From contig DASPSR010000022.1 in assembly GCA_035623825.1 (NCBI GenBank), forward strand, positions 64,001-128,000: DNA of 64,000 nucleotides, read 5' to 3'. The position numbers and the translations under genes were made by a program. Positions 49,733-60,519 of the stretch are shown piece after piece. The notes under the pieces were generated by a model that was not told the origin of the DNA, made no database searches, and saw nothing but the letters and a program-made list of their open reading frames with translations. Position 1 is the stretch's first letter, and every line of letters begins with the position of its first letter. Origin of the DNA: Nitrospirota bacterium (GTDB lineage: Bacteria > Nitrospirota > UBA9217).

Positions 49733-51235
49733 TCAGAGGCCGGCGCTCAGCATCTTCTCATGACGTCTAAAAACCTTCCGGAAATGGAATCCGTAGATCG
49801 AGAGGGTAATTGCGAGCGGCAGGAGCCTTGGACGGCGCACCAGGGACCATAAAAATAGTTTCCAGTACTGCAATCGTTCCCTGCCGACGATGCCCAGACG
49901 CACCACGGACTTGATCAAGGCTTTGAAGTGGCTCATCCGGAAGCGGCCGCCGCGCGACTTCGGGGGGCGATATTCCTTCAGGAATTGTTTCACACGCGCG
50001 TAGTAATGCTTCGGGGAGTAGATCGTGTTGAGTATCTTGCGGTAGCCGCTGATCAGATGATCAGCGTTCATCTTCGGTATGAAATTGATCGAAAAGTCAG
50101 TATTATCGCCTGTTGTGGCCTTCACGATCCGACCTTCGCGATTGAGGCGATGATAGAGTTTTGTCCCGTGAAGAGCGTTTAACAGCCCGACCATGGCTGT
50201 CGCGATCCCACTTTCCTGGATGAAGGAGATCAAACGCTCGAAGATAGAGGATGGATCCTTGTCAAAGCCAACGATGAACCCTGCCTGGACCTCGAGACCA
50301 GCCTTCTGGATCTTTTTCACGCTGGCAATGAGGTCCCGGTTCCGGTTCTGGACCTTGCTGCACTCGATGAGGCTCTCCTCGTTCGGCGATTCAATGCCCA
50401 CGAAGACGGTGTCGAAGCCCGCCTGGACCATCAGATGCAGGAGCTCCTCGTCATCTGCAAGGTTGATTGAGACCTCAGTGGAAAGGGCAAAGGGGTGCTT
50501 TTTCTTCTCCATCCATTCGATGATGGCGGGGAGTATGTCCCTTTTCAGCTTCGACTTGTTCCCGATGAAATTGTCATCGACAAAGAAAACGCCGCTCCGC
50601 CATCCCAGGGCATACAGCCTTTCAAGTTCCTCCAGGATCTGATTCCGGGTCTTCGTCCTTGGCACGCGTCCGTACAGCACCGTGATATTGCAGAACTCGC
50701 AGTCAAAGGGGCAGCCCCTTGAATACTGGATGTTCATGGATGCATATTTCTTCATATCGATAAGCTCGCTCATGGGGGCGGGTGTGGTGCTCAGGTCAGC
50801 CCATTGGGGAGACGTGTAGATATGCTTGGCGCACCCATTGCTCAGATCCTCCAAGAATGGCTGGAGTGTGATCTCAGCCTCGTTCAGCACCAAGTGGTCC
50901 ACGCCGTCGAAGTCCTCATAGCTGGCAGTGAAAAGCGGGCCGCCGGCTACGATCTTGACGCCGTGCGCCTTGCATCGGGAAATGACCTCCTTCGCGGACT
51001 CCTTCTGAATAGACATGGCGCTGAGCATCACGTAATCGGCCCACCGAAGATTTGCATCGGTGAGCGGTTCTACGTTTATATCCACGAGCCGCTGCTCCCA
51101 TTCCGCGGGAAGCATCGCGGCTACGGTCATCAGCCCCAGGGGAGGGTAGACCGCTTTCTTGGAGATGAACTTCAAGGCATATTTAAAGCTCCAGAAGGTT
51201 TCAGGATATTTGGGATAGACATGGAGGATCTTCAT
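49733..51235 (-). CDS. B12-binding-domain radical SAM protein (DUF4070 type)
   Basis: PPLGL.TVAA, SRGCPFDCEFC, FVDDNFIGN, GFIVGFD. Confidence 0.9.
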   Translation of the reverse strand: MKILHVYPKYPETFWSFKYALKFISKKAVYPPLGLMTVAAMLPAEWEQRLVDINVEPLTDANLRWADYVMLSAMSIQKESAKEVISRCKAHGVKIVAGGPLFTASYEDFDGVDHLVLNEAEITLQPFLEDLSNGCAKHIYTSPQWADLSTTPAPMSELIDMKKYASMNIQYSRGCPFDCEFCNITVLYGRVPRTKTRNQILEELERLYALGWRSGVFFVDDNFIGNKSKLKRDILPAIIEWMEKKKHPFALSTEVSINLADDEELLHLMVQAGFDTVFVGIESPNEESLIECSKVQNRNRDLIASVKKIQKAGLEVQAGFIVGFDKDPSSIFERLISFIQESGIATAMVGLLNALHGTKLYHRLNREGRIVKATTGDNTDFSINFIPKMNADHLISGYRKILNTIYSPKHYYARVKQFLKEYRPPKSRGGRFRMSHFKALIKSVVRLGIVGRERLQYWKLFLWSLVRRPRLLPLAITLSIYGFHFRKVFRRHEKMLSAGL

Positions 51236-51535
51236 ATTAAGTGGGCTCCTTCGAGTTCTTGGCTGTCGTGAGTCCGGCGACCCTGATCGACTGTTGAACC
51301 TTAACAAAACGAGAATATGTTGTCAAGCGATATCGCCGGAGCTCGATTAGGAAGAAAGTATTAATCCGATGATTTCGTTTCGGTTTTGTCGCGGAGCTAT
51401 TCACGGTCAGATCTGCATTCGCGCACGGTTTTGCGCGAAGCAAATTGTATTTGCATAGGTTTATTGATACATGTTAATATATGCTGTTCCATGAAGATGT
51501 CTGCAGGGCTCTAGGCCTTTCCCGAGTGTTATGAC

Positions 51536-53836
51536 ATGAATCCTTCGTTTAGTTCGAAATACATCGTTGTTCTGGGGCTGGGGTTACTGGTATTTATCGG
51601 TATCGGGGTCCTCCTCTATGAGAGCAGCGCTCACGTGGTCAACGCCATCGATGCCCGACGGTCATCGGAGGAAGTCCTTGTGCATCTCGATGGAATGCTC
51701 GCAGCTCTCACGACCCTGGAGTCCGTCGAGGGAGATATCACTCTTGGCGGACACAAGAATTATCTTGACCCCTATCGCGCGGCGGTAAGCAGAATCCAGC
51801 AGGAAGTGACCTCCATCAAGACTCTGACCGCCAATTATCCGGACCAGGGGCGCAGGGTTGCTCGCCTCGAATTCCAGATAGCGCAGAGACTGGAGCATGC
51901 ACACCAGCTGGCTGACACTCTAGAAAAAGAGGGTCGCAGCGCAGCCGAGGGGATGGTGCGGGATGAAGAAGACCGCGAGATCACTGAAAGCATCCGTAAA
52001 ACCGTTTTCGAGATGCAGAATGCGCAAAGCGAGCTTCTGAAACTGCAGGACAGTCTTGTCAAGCCGGGGATCTGGACGGCAGTAACGCTCATCGCAGCAA
52101 GTTACATCTCTGCGATCCTCCTTGTCTTGTTATTTGGAGCCGTTGCCCTGCGTGAGGACGCATTACGCCGGCGGGCGGAGGATATGCGGAAGCGGCTATC
52201 GCTGACCGTCGATCAGGCAACGGACCTCGTCGTGGTAACCGACCGGGGGGGGAAAATAGAATATGTTAACAGGGCCGTCGAGGAAACAACCGGCTACACA
52301 GCAGCTGAGCTTCTCGGGAAGAGCGGCGACTTATGGCATTCGGGGAAGCATGATGCGGAGTTCTTCCAAAAGAAACGCGATACGATCCTTTCGGGAGGAA
52401 CGTTCCAGGCGACGGTAACCTACCGGAAGAGGAACGGCGATCTCTTTTATCTTTCCGAGACACTGACCCCGCTCAGGGACTCCGCGGGGAACGTCACGCA
52501 CATCGTCTCCACGGGAAGGGACATCACGAACCAGAAATCGCTGGAAGAGCGGGTCGATTACCTGGCGTATTTCGACGTTCTCACCGGGATTCCGAATCGA
52601 GCTCTCTTTGTCGACCGGCTGCAGGAGGGAATTACCCGGTCTCAGGGATCCTCGGAGCATATGGCGGTGCTTGCGATTGACATCGATCGATTCAAGCTCA
52701 TCAACGATGTGTTCGGTTTTGCTGCCGGTGACGAGATCCTCAAGGTGATCGCCGCGCGGTTATTGGCATCGGTCGCGGAAGGGGACACGGTGGCACGCGT
52801 GGGAAACGATGAATTCGACGTGGCTCTCCATAATATCTCCCGGCCCTCCGACGTCGTGAGCTCGGTGAACAAGATCATGAAGAAAATCTCTGAATCCGTC
52901 ATTCTCAGGGGGGAAGAGATCATCATGTCTTTCGCCGCAGGCGTCACGCTCTACCCGGATGACGGCGACGACGCCGAAACGCTCATCCGGAATGCCCACC
53001 TCGCCCTCAGCAAGGCAAAAGCACAGGGAAAGAACAATTTCCAGTTCTATACGCCCAGTATCATCGAAAAGGCCTCCGAAACTTTGGTCATGGAAAAGCG
53101 CCTGTCCAATGCCCTGAAGAAGGAGGAATACCTTGTATATTATCAGCCGTATGTTGATATGACGACAAGACGGTTTGGTGGCGCTGAAGCCTTGATAAAA
53201 TGGAAGAGCGACAAGCACGGGCTGGTTTCTCCCAAGAAATTCATTCCCATGCTCGAAGATGCGGGGATGATCATTGACGTGGGGGAGTGGGTGCTTAAGA
53301 CCGCCTGCCGCCAGATCAAGGAGTGGGACGGGGGAAAATCTCGCTTCCCCGTTGCCGTGAACCTCTCGTCGCAGCAGCTCCATCACAAATACCTGGTGGA
53401 AATGGTCGAAACCACGATCAAAGAGGCAGGTGTCGATCCGGCGCGTCTTACCCTCGAGGTAACGGAAGGCATCGTCATGCACGACCTGGATTATTCGAGT
53501 AATGTCCTGAGGCAGTTGAAAAGCCTCGGCGTCTCCATTTCCGTCGACGACTTCGGTACGGGCTACTCATCGCTCAGCTATCTGAAGCGATTGCCCATCG
53601 ACAATGTGAAGATTGATATGTCATTTGTCCAAGACATCACATCGGATCCTGATGCCGCCTCGATTGTCATGGCGATCACGTCCCTGGCACGCAATCTGAA
53701 CCTTAAGACCATCGCCGAAGGCGTTGAGACCGAGGAGCAATGGAAAATCTTGCGCCTCCTGCGATGCGATATGGGGCAGGGCTTTTACTTCAGCCCTGCG
53801 TTGACTCCAGAGGAGTTCGGGAAATTACTGCTATAA
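51536..53836 (+). CDS. CHASE3-PAS-GGDEF(GNDEF)-EAL protein
   Basis: 2 TM segments, PAS, ARVGNDEF, AEAL, DDFGTGYSS, IAEGVET. Confidence 0.92.
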   Translation: MNPSFSSKYIVVLGLGLLVFIGIGVLLYESSAHVVNAIDARRSSEEVLVHLDGMLAALTTLESVEGDITLGGHKNYLDPYRAAVSRIQQEVTSIKTLTANYPDQGRRVARLEFQIAQRLEHAHQLADTLEKEGRSAAEGMVRDEEDREITESIRKTVFEMQNAQSELLKLQDSLVKPGIWTAVTLIAASYISAILLVLLFGAVALREDALRRRAEDMRKRLSLTVDQATDLVVVTDRGGKIEYVNRAVEETTGYTAAELLGKSGDLWHSGKHDAEFFQKKRDTILSGGTFQATVTYRKRNGDLFYLSETLTPLRDSAGNVTHIVSTGRDITNQKSLEERVDYLAYFDVLTGIPNRALFVDRLQEGITRSQGSSEHMAVLAIDIDRFKLINDVFGFAAGDEILKVIAARLLASVAEGDTVARVGNDEFDVALHNISRPSDVVSSVNKIMKKISESVILRGEEIIMSFAAGVTLYPDDGDDAETLIRNAHLALSKAKAQGKNNFQFYTPSIIEKASETLVMEKRLSNALKKEEYLVYYQPYVDMTTRRFGGAEALIKWKSDKHGLVSPKKFIPMLEDAGMIIDVGEWVLKTACRQIKEWDGGKSRFPVAVNLSSQQLHHKYLVEMVETTIKEAGVDPARLTLEVTEGIVMHDLDYSSNVLRQLKSLGVSISVDDFGTGYSSLSYLKRLPIDNVKIDMSFVQDITSDPDAASIVMAITSLARNLNLKTIAEGVETEEQWKILRLLRCDMGQGFYFSPALTPEEFGKLLL

Positions 53837-53911
53837 GAGCCGGCAGGCAGCGCAAACTATTCAGCACCCTCCTTAAGCTGTGCCCTGAGCCGCGCGTCTT
53901 CTGCGCTCCTT

Positions 53912-56900
53912 TCACCCTGTCGCCGGTGTCACCTTTTTGAAGTACCGCAGTGCCTTCTTGAAGTCAGCGACGATGGCATAGGCCTGCAAGCTCCCGGTAT
54001 GCCTGAAGTGCGAGGCGACGAGCGTTTTCAGTTCCTCGATGTCTTCCTCTGCGTCCACCTTCTGGGCTTTCACATACGAGGCGTCAATCCTGGACCCGAG
54101 CCGGTCATGTCGGTCCAGAATATAGATCACGCCGCCGGTCATGCCGGCACCCACGTTCAATCCCACGTCGCCGAGCACCACGACGGTGCCCCTCGTCATG
54201 TATTCGCATAAGTGATGGCCCGTGCCCTCGATCACTGCCCGCGCCCCGCTGTTCCTTACGGCGAACCGCTCTCCAGCCATACCCGCGGCATAGAACTCTC
54301 CGCCTATGGCCCCGTAGAGCGCTGTGTTTCCCACGACGACTTGTTTGTGCAGCTCGTCGGCGATGTCCGGAGGGATGATAGCGATCCTTCCGCCATACAT
54401 GCCCTTGCCGGCATAATCGTTCGCATCGCCGAGGAGCGTAAGGGACAAACCACGGTGGTTGAATGCGCCGAAGCTCTGGCCCGCGGTGCCTCGAAAGGTG
54501 AGTTTCAGCGTATCATCAGGAAGGCCATGCTCGCCGTATTTTCTGGCGATGAAATAGTTCAGCTTCACCGGAACGCTTCGGTGGATGTTCCTGATAGCAT
54601 ACTGCACGGCTACAGGCTGCCCCTGCTCGATGGAGGGAAGCAGGTCCGCGATGATTTGGTCATTGACGGATGGAGCGGGATTGTCGTTCCGGTCGACAGT
54701 GCAGTGCCTCGGTCCTCCTTCGGGATACTTGCGGAGCAGCGGTGTTAGGTTCATCCTCCCGGAACCTGGAGCGACATTTGCCGGCTGAGCTACGAGCAGG
54801 TCCGTTCTGCCGATTATCTCGGTCAGGCTGCTGGCGCCCATTTCCGCCATTATCTCCCTGACCTCGCGCGCAAGCGCCTTGAAGTATGCTGAGATCCCCC
54901 CAACGGTACCCCGGAACCGCTTCCGAAGCTTTTCATCCTGAGTGGCGACACCGGTGGGACAGGTGTTAGTATGGCACTGGCGGGCCATGACGCAGCCCGC
55001 GGCAACCATAGTTGCCGTACCGAAGCCAAACTCTTCTGCGCCGAGCAGGGCGGCGATGATCACGTCCCTGCCGGTGCGCAAGCCGCCGTCCACTCGCACC
55101 CGGATGCGGTTTCGGAGCCCGTTCTCCATGAGCACGCGAACGGTCTCCGCAAGCCCGGTTTCCCAGTGGCCGCCGGTGTTCTTGATGGAAGTGACCGATG
55201 CCGCACCCGTGCCGCCTTCGCAGCCGCTGATCTGCACAATATCGGCGTAGGCCTTTGCCACGCCTGCCGCGACGGTGCCCACCCCGGTCTCGGATACGAG
55301 CTTGACGCAGACGTGCGCGTGCGGGTTCGCCTGTTTGAGGTCGTGGATGAGCTGAGCGAGATCCTCGATGGAATAGATGTCGTGGTGCGGCGGCGGGGAG
55401 ATGAGCAGCATGCCCGGCTTGCAATGGCGGAGCTTGGCAATGTAATCGGTGACCTTGTTCTCCGGGAGATGGCCCCCTTCACCCGGCTTAGCGCCTTGGG
55501 CGATCTTGATCTCGAGGTCCGTGGCTGATGCGATGTAGGTGGGCGTCACTCCGAACCTGCCGGACGCAATCTGCTTGATGGCGCTTCCTCTGATCGTGAA
55601 GTAGCGCGCCGGGTCCTCGCCTCCCTCTCCGCTGTTGCTCTTGATTCCGAGCCTGTTGCAGGCCTCGGCAATTGTCTCGTGCGCCTCGGGCGAGAGGGCG
55701 CCTACGGACATGGCGCCCGAGAAGAACCGCTTGAGGACGCTTTCTTCCGGCTCCACCTGTTCCAGAGGCAAGGGTCTCCCTTTCTTGTACCCGAGCAACT
55801 GTCTGATGGATGTTGGGTGCTCGTTGGCCTTGTGCGAGAATTCCCTATAGATTGAATAGTCGCCGTTCTTCATGAAGCTGTTCAGCGCCTGTACTGCCTG
55901 CGGCGACCACCCATGCCGTTCGCCGTCCTTCCGGTACTTGAGAGCGCCGCCGTAGCCGAGCGACGGCGTAGTGTCGTCGAACCCCGCGTCATGCCGCGCC
56001 AGGAGCGAGCGCTCGACCTCCGGCAGACCGTCGGCCTCGATCTGCGACGGAGTGCCGGGGAAGAAGGCGTCAATGAAGTCACGATTCAGACAGGCGCCGT
56101 CGAAGAGCTGCGCTCCATTGTAGGATGCGAGGGTCGAGATGCCCATGCGGGCCATCACTTTCAAGAGCCCGTCCTCGAGCGCCGTCAGGTAATTGCAACA
56201 GGCTTCCTGGAAGGGGCGTGCGATCACCCCGCGCTCACAAAGATCCCCCAAAGTCTGGAAAGCCAGCCAGGGAAAGACGGCCGCAGCGCCGTAGCCGATG
56301 AGACAGGCCATGTGATGCGCGTCGCGGGCTTCCCCTGTTTCGACGACGACGCTCACTCGATTGGCGAGTCCCCGTTGCAAGAGGGCCTTGAAGCACGCGG
56401 AGACCGCGAGCAGGGAGGGGATGGACGCACGGTCATGCGACAGTTTCCGGTCAGACAGAATGAGGATCTCCGCGCCCGAGATGACGAGGTCAACAACGCG
56501 CTCTTGCAGCCTGGAAATGGCGCGTGACAGAGTTGAGCCTGCCCGCGCATAGGTTATCGGGACGTTAGCGTCCCTGATGCTCCTCTGCCCTCTTATCGCC
56601 TGGAACTGCGCGTAAGAGAGGATGGGAGAATCGATACCGAGCCGACGCGCGTGCTCCGGTGTCTGGTTCAGAAAGTTCCGCTTGTATCCGAGGTTCATCC
56701 GCAGGGACATGACCATGCGCTCCCTGATGGGATCGATGGGAGGGTTGGTGACCTGCGAGAAACGCTGCTTGAAGTAGCGGAATAACAATGGCGGCTGTTC
56801 TAATAGCGGGGGCAGGGGCGTGTCATCGCCCATCGAAAAGATGAGCTCTTTCGCGGTGTCTGCCATCTCTCGTAGCTGCATCTGGATCTCTTCCTGAGAG

Positions 56901-58240
56901 TACCCGAAGGCGATCTGTTTGCTCGTGATGTCGCCGTCAATCTGCTGAGACGGGACCGGGCCGCATTCGAGCTTCACGTGGTGTTTCCCCAGCCACTCCT
57001 GGTAGGGATACCGCGAAGCGAGGTCTTCCACGATTTCTCGTGTGAACCTGACCGCGGAGGTCCGCAGGTCCACGGAAAGGATCTCCCCGGGGCCGAGCCT
57101 GCCTTTTACCTGGATCGGCCTGTCGCTGAGGTCGACCATGCCAATCTCGGAGCCGAGGACCAATAGTCCGTCCCTCGTGATACTGTATCTGAGCGGCCTT
57201 AACCCGTTCCGGTCCAGGTGCGCGCCGATAGTCTCGCCGTCCGTAAAAGCGACGGCTGCCGGCCCGTCCCAGGGCCGCATGAGCAGAGACTGATATTCAA
57301 AGAACGCTTTTTCCTGAGGGCTCAGGTCGGATTGTTCCCAGGCCGGGGGGATGCAGAGCATGATTGCGTGCTCCGGTGAATAGCCCGAGAGGATGAGCAA
57401 CTCGATGATCCGGTCGAGCGAAGCCGAGTCGCTCTCGTCTCGGGAGACGAGCGGGCGGAGAAAGTCGGCCTGCGCACCGAATACCTCGTGTTGGATCTCG
57501 TGCTCGAGCGCGGTCATCGCGTTCCGGTTCCCCTGGAGGGTGTTGATTTCTCCGTTGTGTGCCAGCACGCGGAAAGGCTGCGCCAAGGGCCAGTCAGGCG
57601 ACGTGTTGGTCGAGAACCGCTGGTGGAACATGCAGAATGCGGATTCGAAGGCCCTATCCCTGAGATCGGGATAGAATTCGTCAAGGTGGGGGGCGACGAT
57701 CATGCCCTTGTAGGCCATGGTCTTCGACGAAAGGGAACAGACATATGCGCTTCTGTCATAGGTCTTCTCCACGGCCCGGCGAGCGAGATAGAGCATGGCC
57801 TCTTTTTCTGCGCTCGGGATGCCGGAAGCATCGATAAGCAGCTGCCGGATCCTCGGCCTGGACAGCAATGCCGATCTGCCGAGCGCGTCGTAGTTGACCG
57901 GCACATCCCTCCAGCCGATGGGCTTGAGGTTGAACCGCAGCAGGATGCTCTCAACGCCTGATTCCACTTCCCCGAAAAGAAAGAAGAATCCAGCCGCGAG
58001 GTCATCAGTACCCGCGGCGGGGAAGCCGAGCCTCGTCATTTCCTCTTGGAGAAATCTCCGCGGGAGCTGGACCAGTATACCTGCTCCATCACCCGTTTTT
58101 CCGTCAGCACCCACGGCGCCACGGTGGGTCAGGTTCTTGACGGCTTCGATCCCCATTGACACGATCGAGTGGCTCTTCGCGCCGTTCACGTTACAGACGA
58201 ACCCCACGCCACAGGAAGCTGAAGAATCGGAGCTCGGCAT
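53912..58240 (-). CDS. gltB: Glutamate synthase large subunit
   Basis: CGVGF, HQRFSTNT, HNGEINT, QGAKPGEGG, CVMARQCHTNTCP, GXGXG C-terminal domain. Confidence 0.97.
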   Translation of the reverse strand: MPSSDSSASCGVGFVCNVNGAKSHSIVSMGIEAVKNLTHRGAVGADGKTGDGAGILVQLPRRFLQEEMTRLGFPAAGTDDLAAGFFFLFGEVESGVESILLRFNLKPIGWRDVPVNYDALGRSALLSRPRIRQLLIDASGIPSAEKEAMLYLARRAVEKTYDRSAYVCSLSSKTMAYKGMIVAPHLDEFYPDLRDRAFESAFCMFHQRFSTNTSPDWPLAQPFRVLAHNGEINTLQGNRNAMTALEHEIQHEVFGAQADFLRPLVSRDESDSASLDRIIELLILSGYSPEHAIMLCIPPAWEQSDLSPQEKAFFEYQSLLMRPWDGPAAVAFTDGETIGAHLDRNGLRPLRYSITRDGLLVLGSEIGMVDLSDRPIQVKGRLGPGEILSVDLRTSAVRFTREIVEDLASRYPYQEWLGKHHVKLECGPVPSQQIDGDITSKQIAFGYSQEEIQMQLREMADTAKELIFSMGDDTPLPPLLEQPPLLFRYFKQRFSQVTNPPIDPIRERMVMSLRMNLGYKRNFLNQTPEHARRLGIDSPILSYAQFQAIRGQRSIRDANVPITYARAGSTLSRAISRLQERVVDLVISGAEILILSDRKLSHDRASIPSLLAVSACFKALLQRGLANRVSVVVETGEARDAHHMACLIGYGAAAVFPWLAFQTLGDLCERGVIARPFQEACCNYLTALEDGLLKVMARMGISTLASYNGAQLFDGACLNRDFIDAFFPGTPSQIEADGLPEVERSLLARHDAGFDDTTPSLGYGGALKYRKDGERHGWSPQAVQALNSFMKNGDYSIYREFSHKANEHPTSIRQLLGYKKGRPLPLEQVEPEESVLKRFFSGAMSVGALSPEAHETIAEACNRLGIKSNSGEGGEDPARYFTIRGSAIKQIASGRFGVTPTYIASATDLEIKIAQGAKPGEGGHLPENKVTDYIAKLRHCKPGMLLISPPPHHDIYSIEDLAQLIHDLKQANPHAHVCVKLVSETGVGTVAAGVAKAYADIVQISGCEGGTGAASVTSIKNTGGHWETGLAETVRVLMENGLRNRIRVRVDGGLRTGRDVIIAALLGAEEFGFGTATMVAAGCVMARQCHTNTCPTGVATQDEKLRKRFRGTVGGISAYFKALAREVREIMAEMGASSLTEIIGRTDLLVAQPANVAPGSGRMNLTPLLRKYPEGGPRHCTVDRNDNPAPSVNDQIIADLLPSIEQGQPVAVQYAIRNIHRSVPVKLNYFIARKYGEHGLPDDTLKLTFRGTAGQSFGAFNHRGLSLTLLGDANDYAGKGMYGGRIAIIPPDIADELHKQVVVGNTALYGAIGGEFYAAGMAGERFAVRNSGARAVIEGTGHHLCEYMTRGTVVVLGDVGLNVGAGMTGGVIYILDRHDRLGSRIDASYVKAQKVDAEEDIEELKTLVASHFRHTGSLQAYAIVADFKKALRYFKKVTPATG

Positions 58241-58414
58241 CGTCACCTCGTGTGCATCGAAAAAAAGCACGAACAGGAACGCGTGGGATCATTTCGGCTG
58301 CAGCTTTACGCAGGCAATCGCAGACCGAAGATCAAGAGACTTCATAATTCGAAGTTCGATCTCCCGATCCCGCCGTTCTGCATTCAACGGTGTCCCTTGC
58401 GTGAGATTTTCTTG

Positions 58415-59335
58415 TCAGAACTCGAACAGGCGCTTGTTGATATCGATCGCCGCGACAGCACCTTCACCTGCCGCTATCACGACTTGATCGTTCCCCGTGT
58501 TGAGCGGGCCGACGATGTATAGGCCATTCACCGATGATTCGTAGGCGCTGTTCACGACATACTTGAATCCTTTCGCGTCACGCTTCAGATTGAGCTCCTT
58601 CAGGAACTTATTGTTCAGCTTGTACCCGAAGTTTGACATGACGGCCTCGCAAGGGACGCGAATGCCATTCTTGAGCTCCACAGCCTCAAGACGCTCATTG
58701 CCGATGATCTTCGTCGGTTCGCCCTTGATGAGGCGGATTCCTTCATGCCGCAGCTCCTCCTTATAGTCCTCGGGTGGATCGTAGAAATAGAGAATGAGCG
58801 TTACATCGTCGGTGTACATTGCCTTCATGGCGAAAGCCAGCCGGACGGATTCTATGGTATTTCCGATGATTACCAGTTTTCTGCCTGTGGTCTTGTATCC
58901 GTCGCAGTCGACGCACGTGAAGAAGGATATGCCGAGGAATTTATGAAAGTTCTCGAGCGGGGGGAAATTATCCTGCACGCCTGATGAGACGATCAAGAAT
59001 CTAGAGCGAAAGCGGATGTCATCTGCATGGACCCCGAAATGCTCTCCCTTCACCACTGAGGTCACAAGCCCTTTAACCACGTGGACATTAAAACGATTCG
59101 CCTGCTCGAGGCCGAGCTCGATGATCTCCCTTCCGGAAATGGCCTTCTGCGTCAGAAAGTTTTCAATCGATTTCGCATGCGCAGTCCTCCCCCCGCCGCG
59201 ATCGATGATCAGGACATCCCTGTTGAACCGTCCGAGGTAGATGGCGGCTTGGAGACCGCCGGGCCCGGCGCCGATGATAATGCAGTCGTACAGACGGTCG
59301 GTGTCCTGATTCAGTTCTGGATCATTGCTCCTCAT
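58415..59335 (-). CDS. Thioredoxin-reductase-like FAD oxidoreductase
   Basis: IIGAGPGG, CVDCDG redox motif, AAGEGAVAA. Confidence 0.85.
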   Translation of the reverse strand: MRSNDPELNQDTDRLYDCIIIGAGPGGLQAAIYLGRFNRDVLIIDRGGGRTAHAKSIENFLTQKAISGREIIELGLEQANRFNVHVVKGLVTSVVKGEHFGVHADDIRFRSRFLIVSSGVQDNFPPLENFHKFLGISFFTCVDCDGYKTTGRKLVIIGNTIESVRLAFAMKAMYTDDVTLILYFYDPPEDYKEELRHEGIRLIKGEPTKIIGNERLEAVELKNGIRVPCEAVMSNFGYKLNNKFLKELNLKRDAKGFKYVVNSAYESSVNGLYIVGPLNTGNDQVVIAAGEGAVAAIDINKRLFEF

Positions 59336-59387
59336 AGGGTGATGGTCCCGGCCTGAAGTTCAGTGTGCTGGTCTGAAACGGCAGATG

Positions 59388-60041
59388 TCATTTTATCGCG
59401 GGAGATCCGTGTTTGCTCTTTATCTCCTCTCCCCCCGGGGCTAAAAAAATGACTATCCGTTTTTCAAACTCGTTAATTGTCGTAAAGTGAAGCGTTCTGA
59501 GACCTTCGCTCTCAGCCCGTTTGATGTGGCCGATGTTATCATCCACAAAGAGCGCTTCATCGGTCCGGACGCCCAGAACGCGGCAGACATTCCGGAAAAT
59601 CGATCTATCCCGCTTGCTTTCATGGAGTCTAAACGAGTTAAAGACTATGTCGAAATGCCCAAACAGGAGCGTCTTGCGGTCGATCTCCTCAAGCCAGTTC
59701 GTCTGGTCGCTCAGCATGGCGACCTTCAGCCCCGCTGCTCTCAAGCGGTCTGCGTGCGCTAGCATAACAGGCCTAAGTGCAAACCTCGCCAGGATCTCCT
59801 CTCGGAGCGCCTTGTCGCTCCCGGTTATCCCGGTCTTCTTTCTGACCGTATCCCAGAAGGTTGCTTCATCGGTCACGCCGGTAAGATATCCTGTGTCGTA
59901 GATGAGTCTATCGACTTCGGAGAAAAAACGCTCCGGGTCCAGGCTGTTTCTCTTCCCGATGGCCGTGAGCCCTTCCCGGAAGCCCTCTTCAGCAATCACC
60001 CCGCCGAAATCAAAGAGTACAGCTTTTATCTCGTCAGCCAT
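59388..60041 (-). CDS. HAD-family hydrolase (YihX-like)
   Basis: FDFGGV, LSD, LFVDDN. Confidence 0.85.
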   Translation of the reverse strand: MADEIKAVLFDFGGVIAEEGFREGLTAIGKRNSLDPERFFSEVDRLIYDTGYLTGVTDEATFWDTVRKKTGITGSDKALREEILARFALRPVMLAHADRLRAAGLKVAMLSDQTNWLEEIDRKTLLFGHFDIVFNSFRLHESKRDRSIFRNVCRVLGVRTDEALFVDDNIGHIKRAESEGLRTLHFTTINEFEKRIVIFLAPGGEEIKSKHGSPAIK

Positions 60042-60519
60042 ATACGGGACAATGGCCCTTTCCGCCATCACTGGCTATTATAATAATTCTCATTATACCT
60101 GATTCCGCGTTTCTGTACATGCTGAGGGCGATTTTATTCAAATAACCCGATTTAATACGGCCTGGACTCAAATTGCTGAACTCGAATAACTTGTCAAATA
60201 ACTTCTTGTTTTTAAAAAAAAGTGGTGATATCTTATGACACAGCACATGACCGAAAGGACCCATGGTCATCTGGTTTTCGGGCGGTGGTCGATAGACTCG
60301 AGCAGGACAAAGCTACTGTCCCTAAAACTGTCCAGGGGCCATCGTGAGACGGAGGTCAGGCCTCGATTTCCTGAATGCGGTCTTCCACATCATCATTCGG
60401 GCCATCGAAACAAAGACCACAAGACGGCCTATGAACGAAGCGTGATCGCCAGGCTCGTGCACCGCGAACAAGGATTTTGTCATGAGGAAACGGACGAGAT
60501 CTGGACAGGAGCAGAAATA

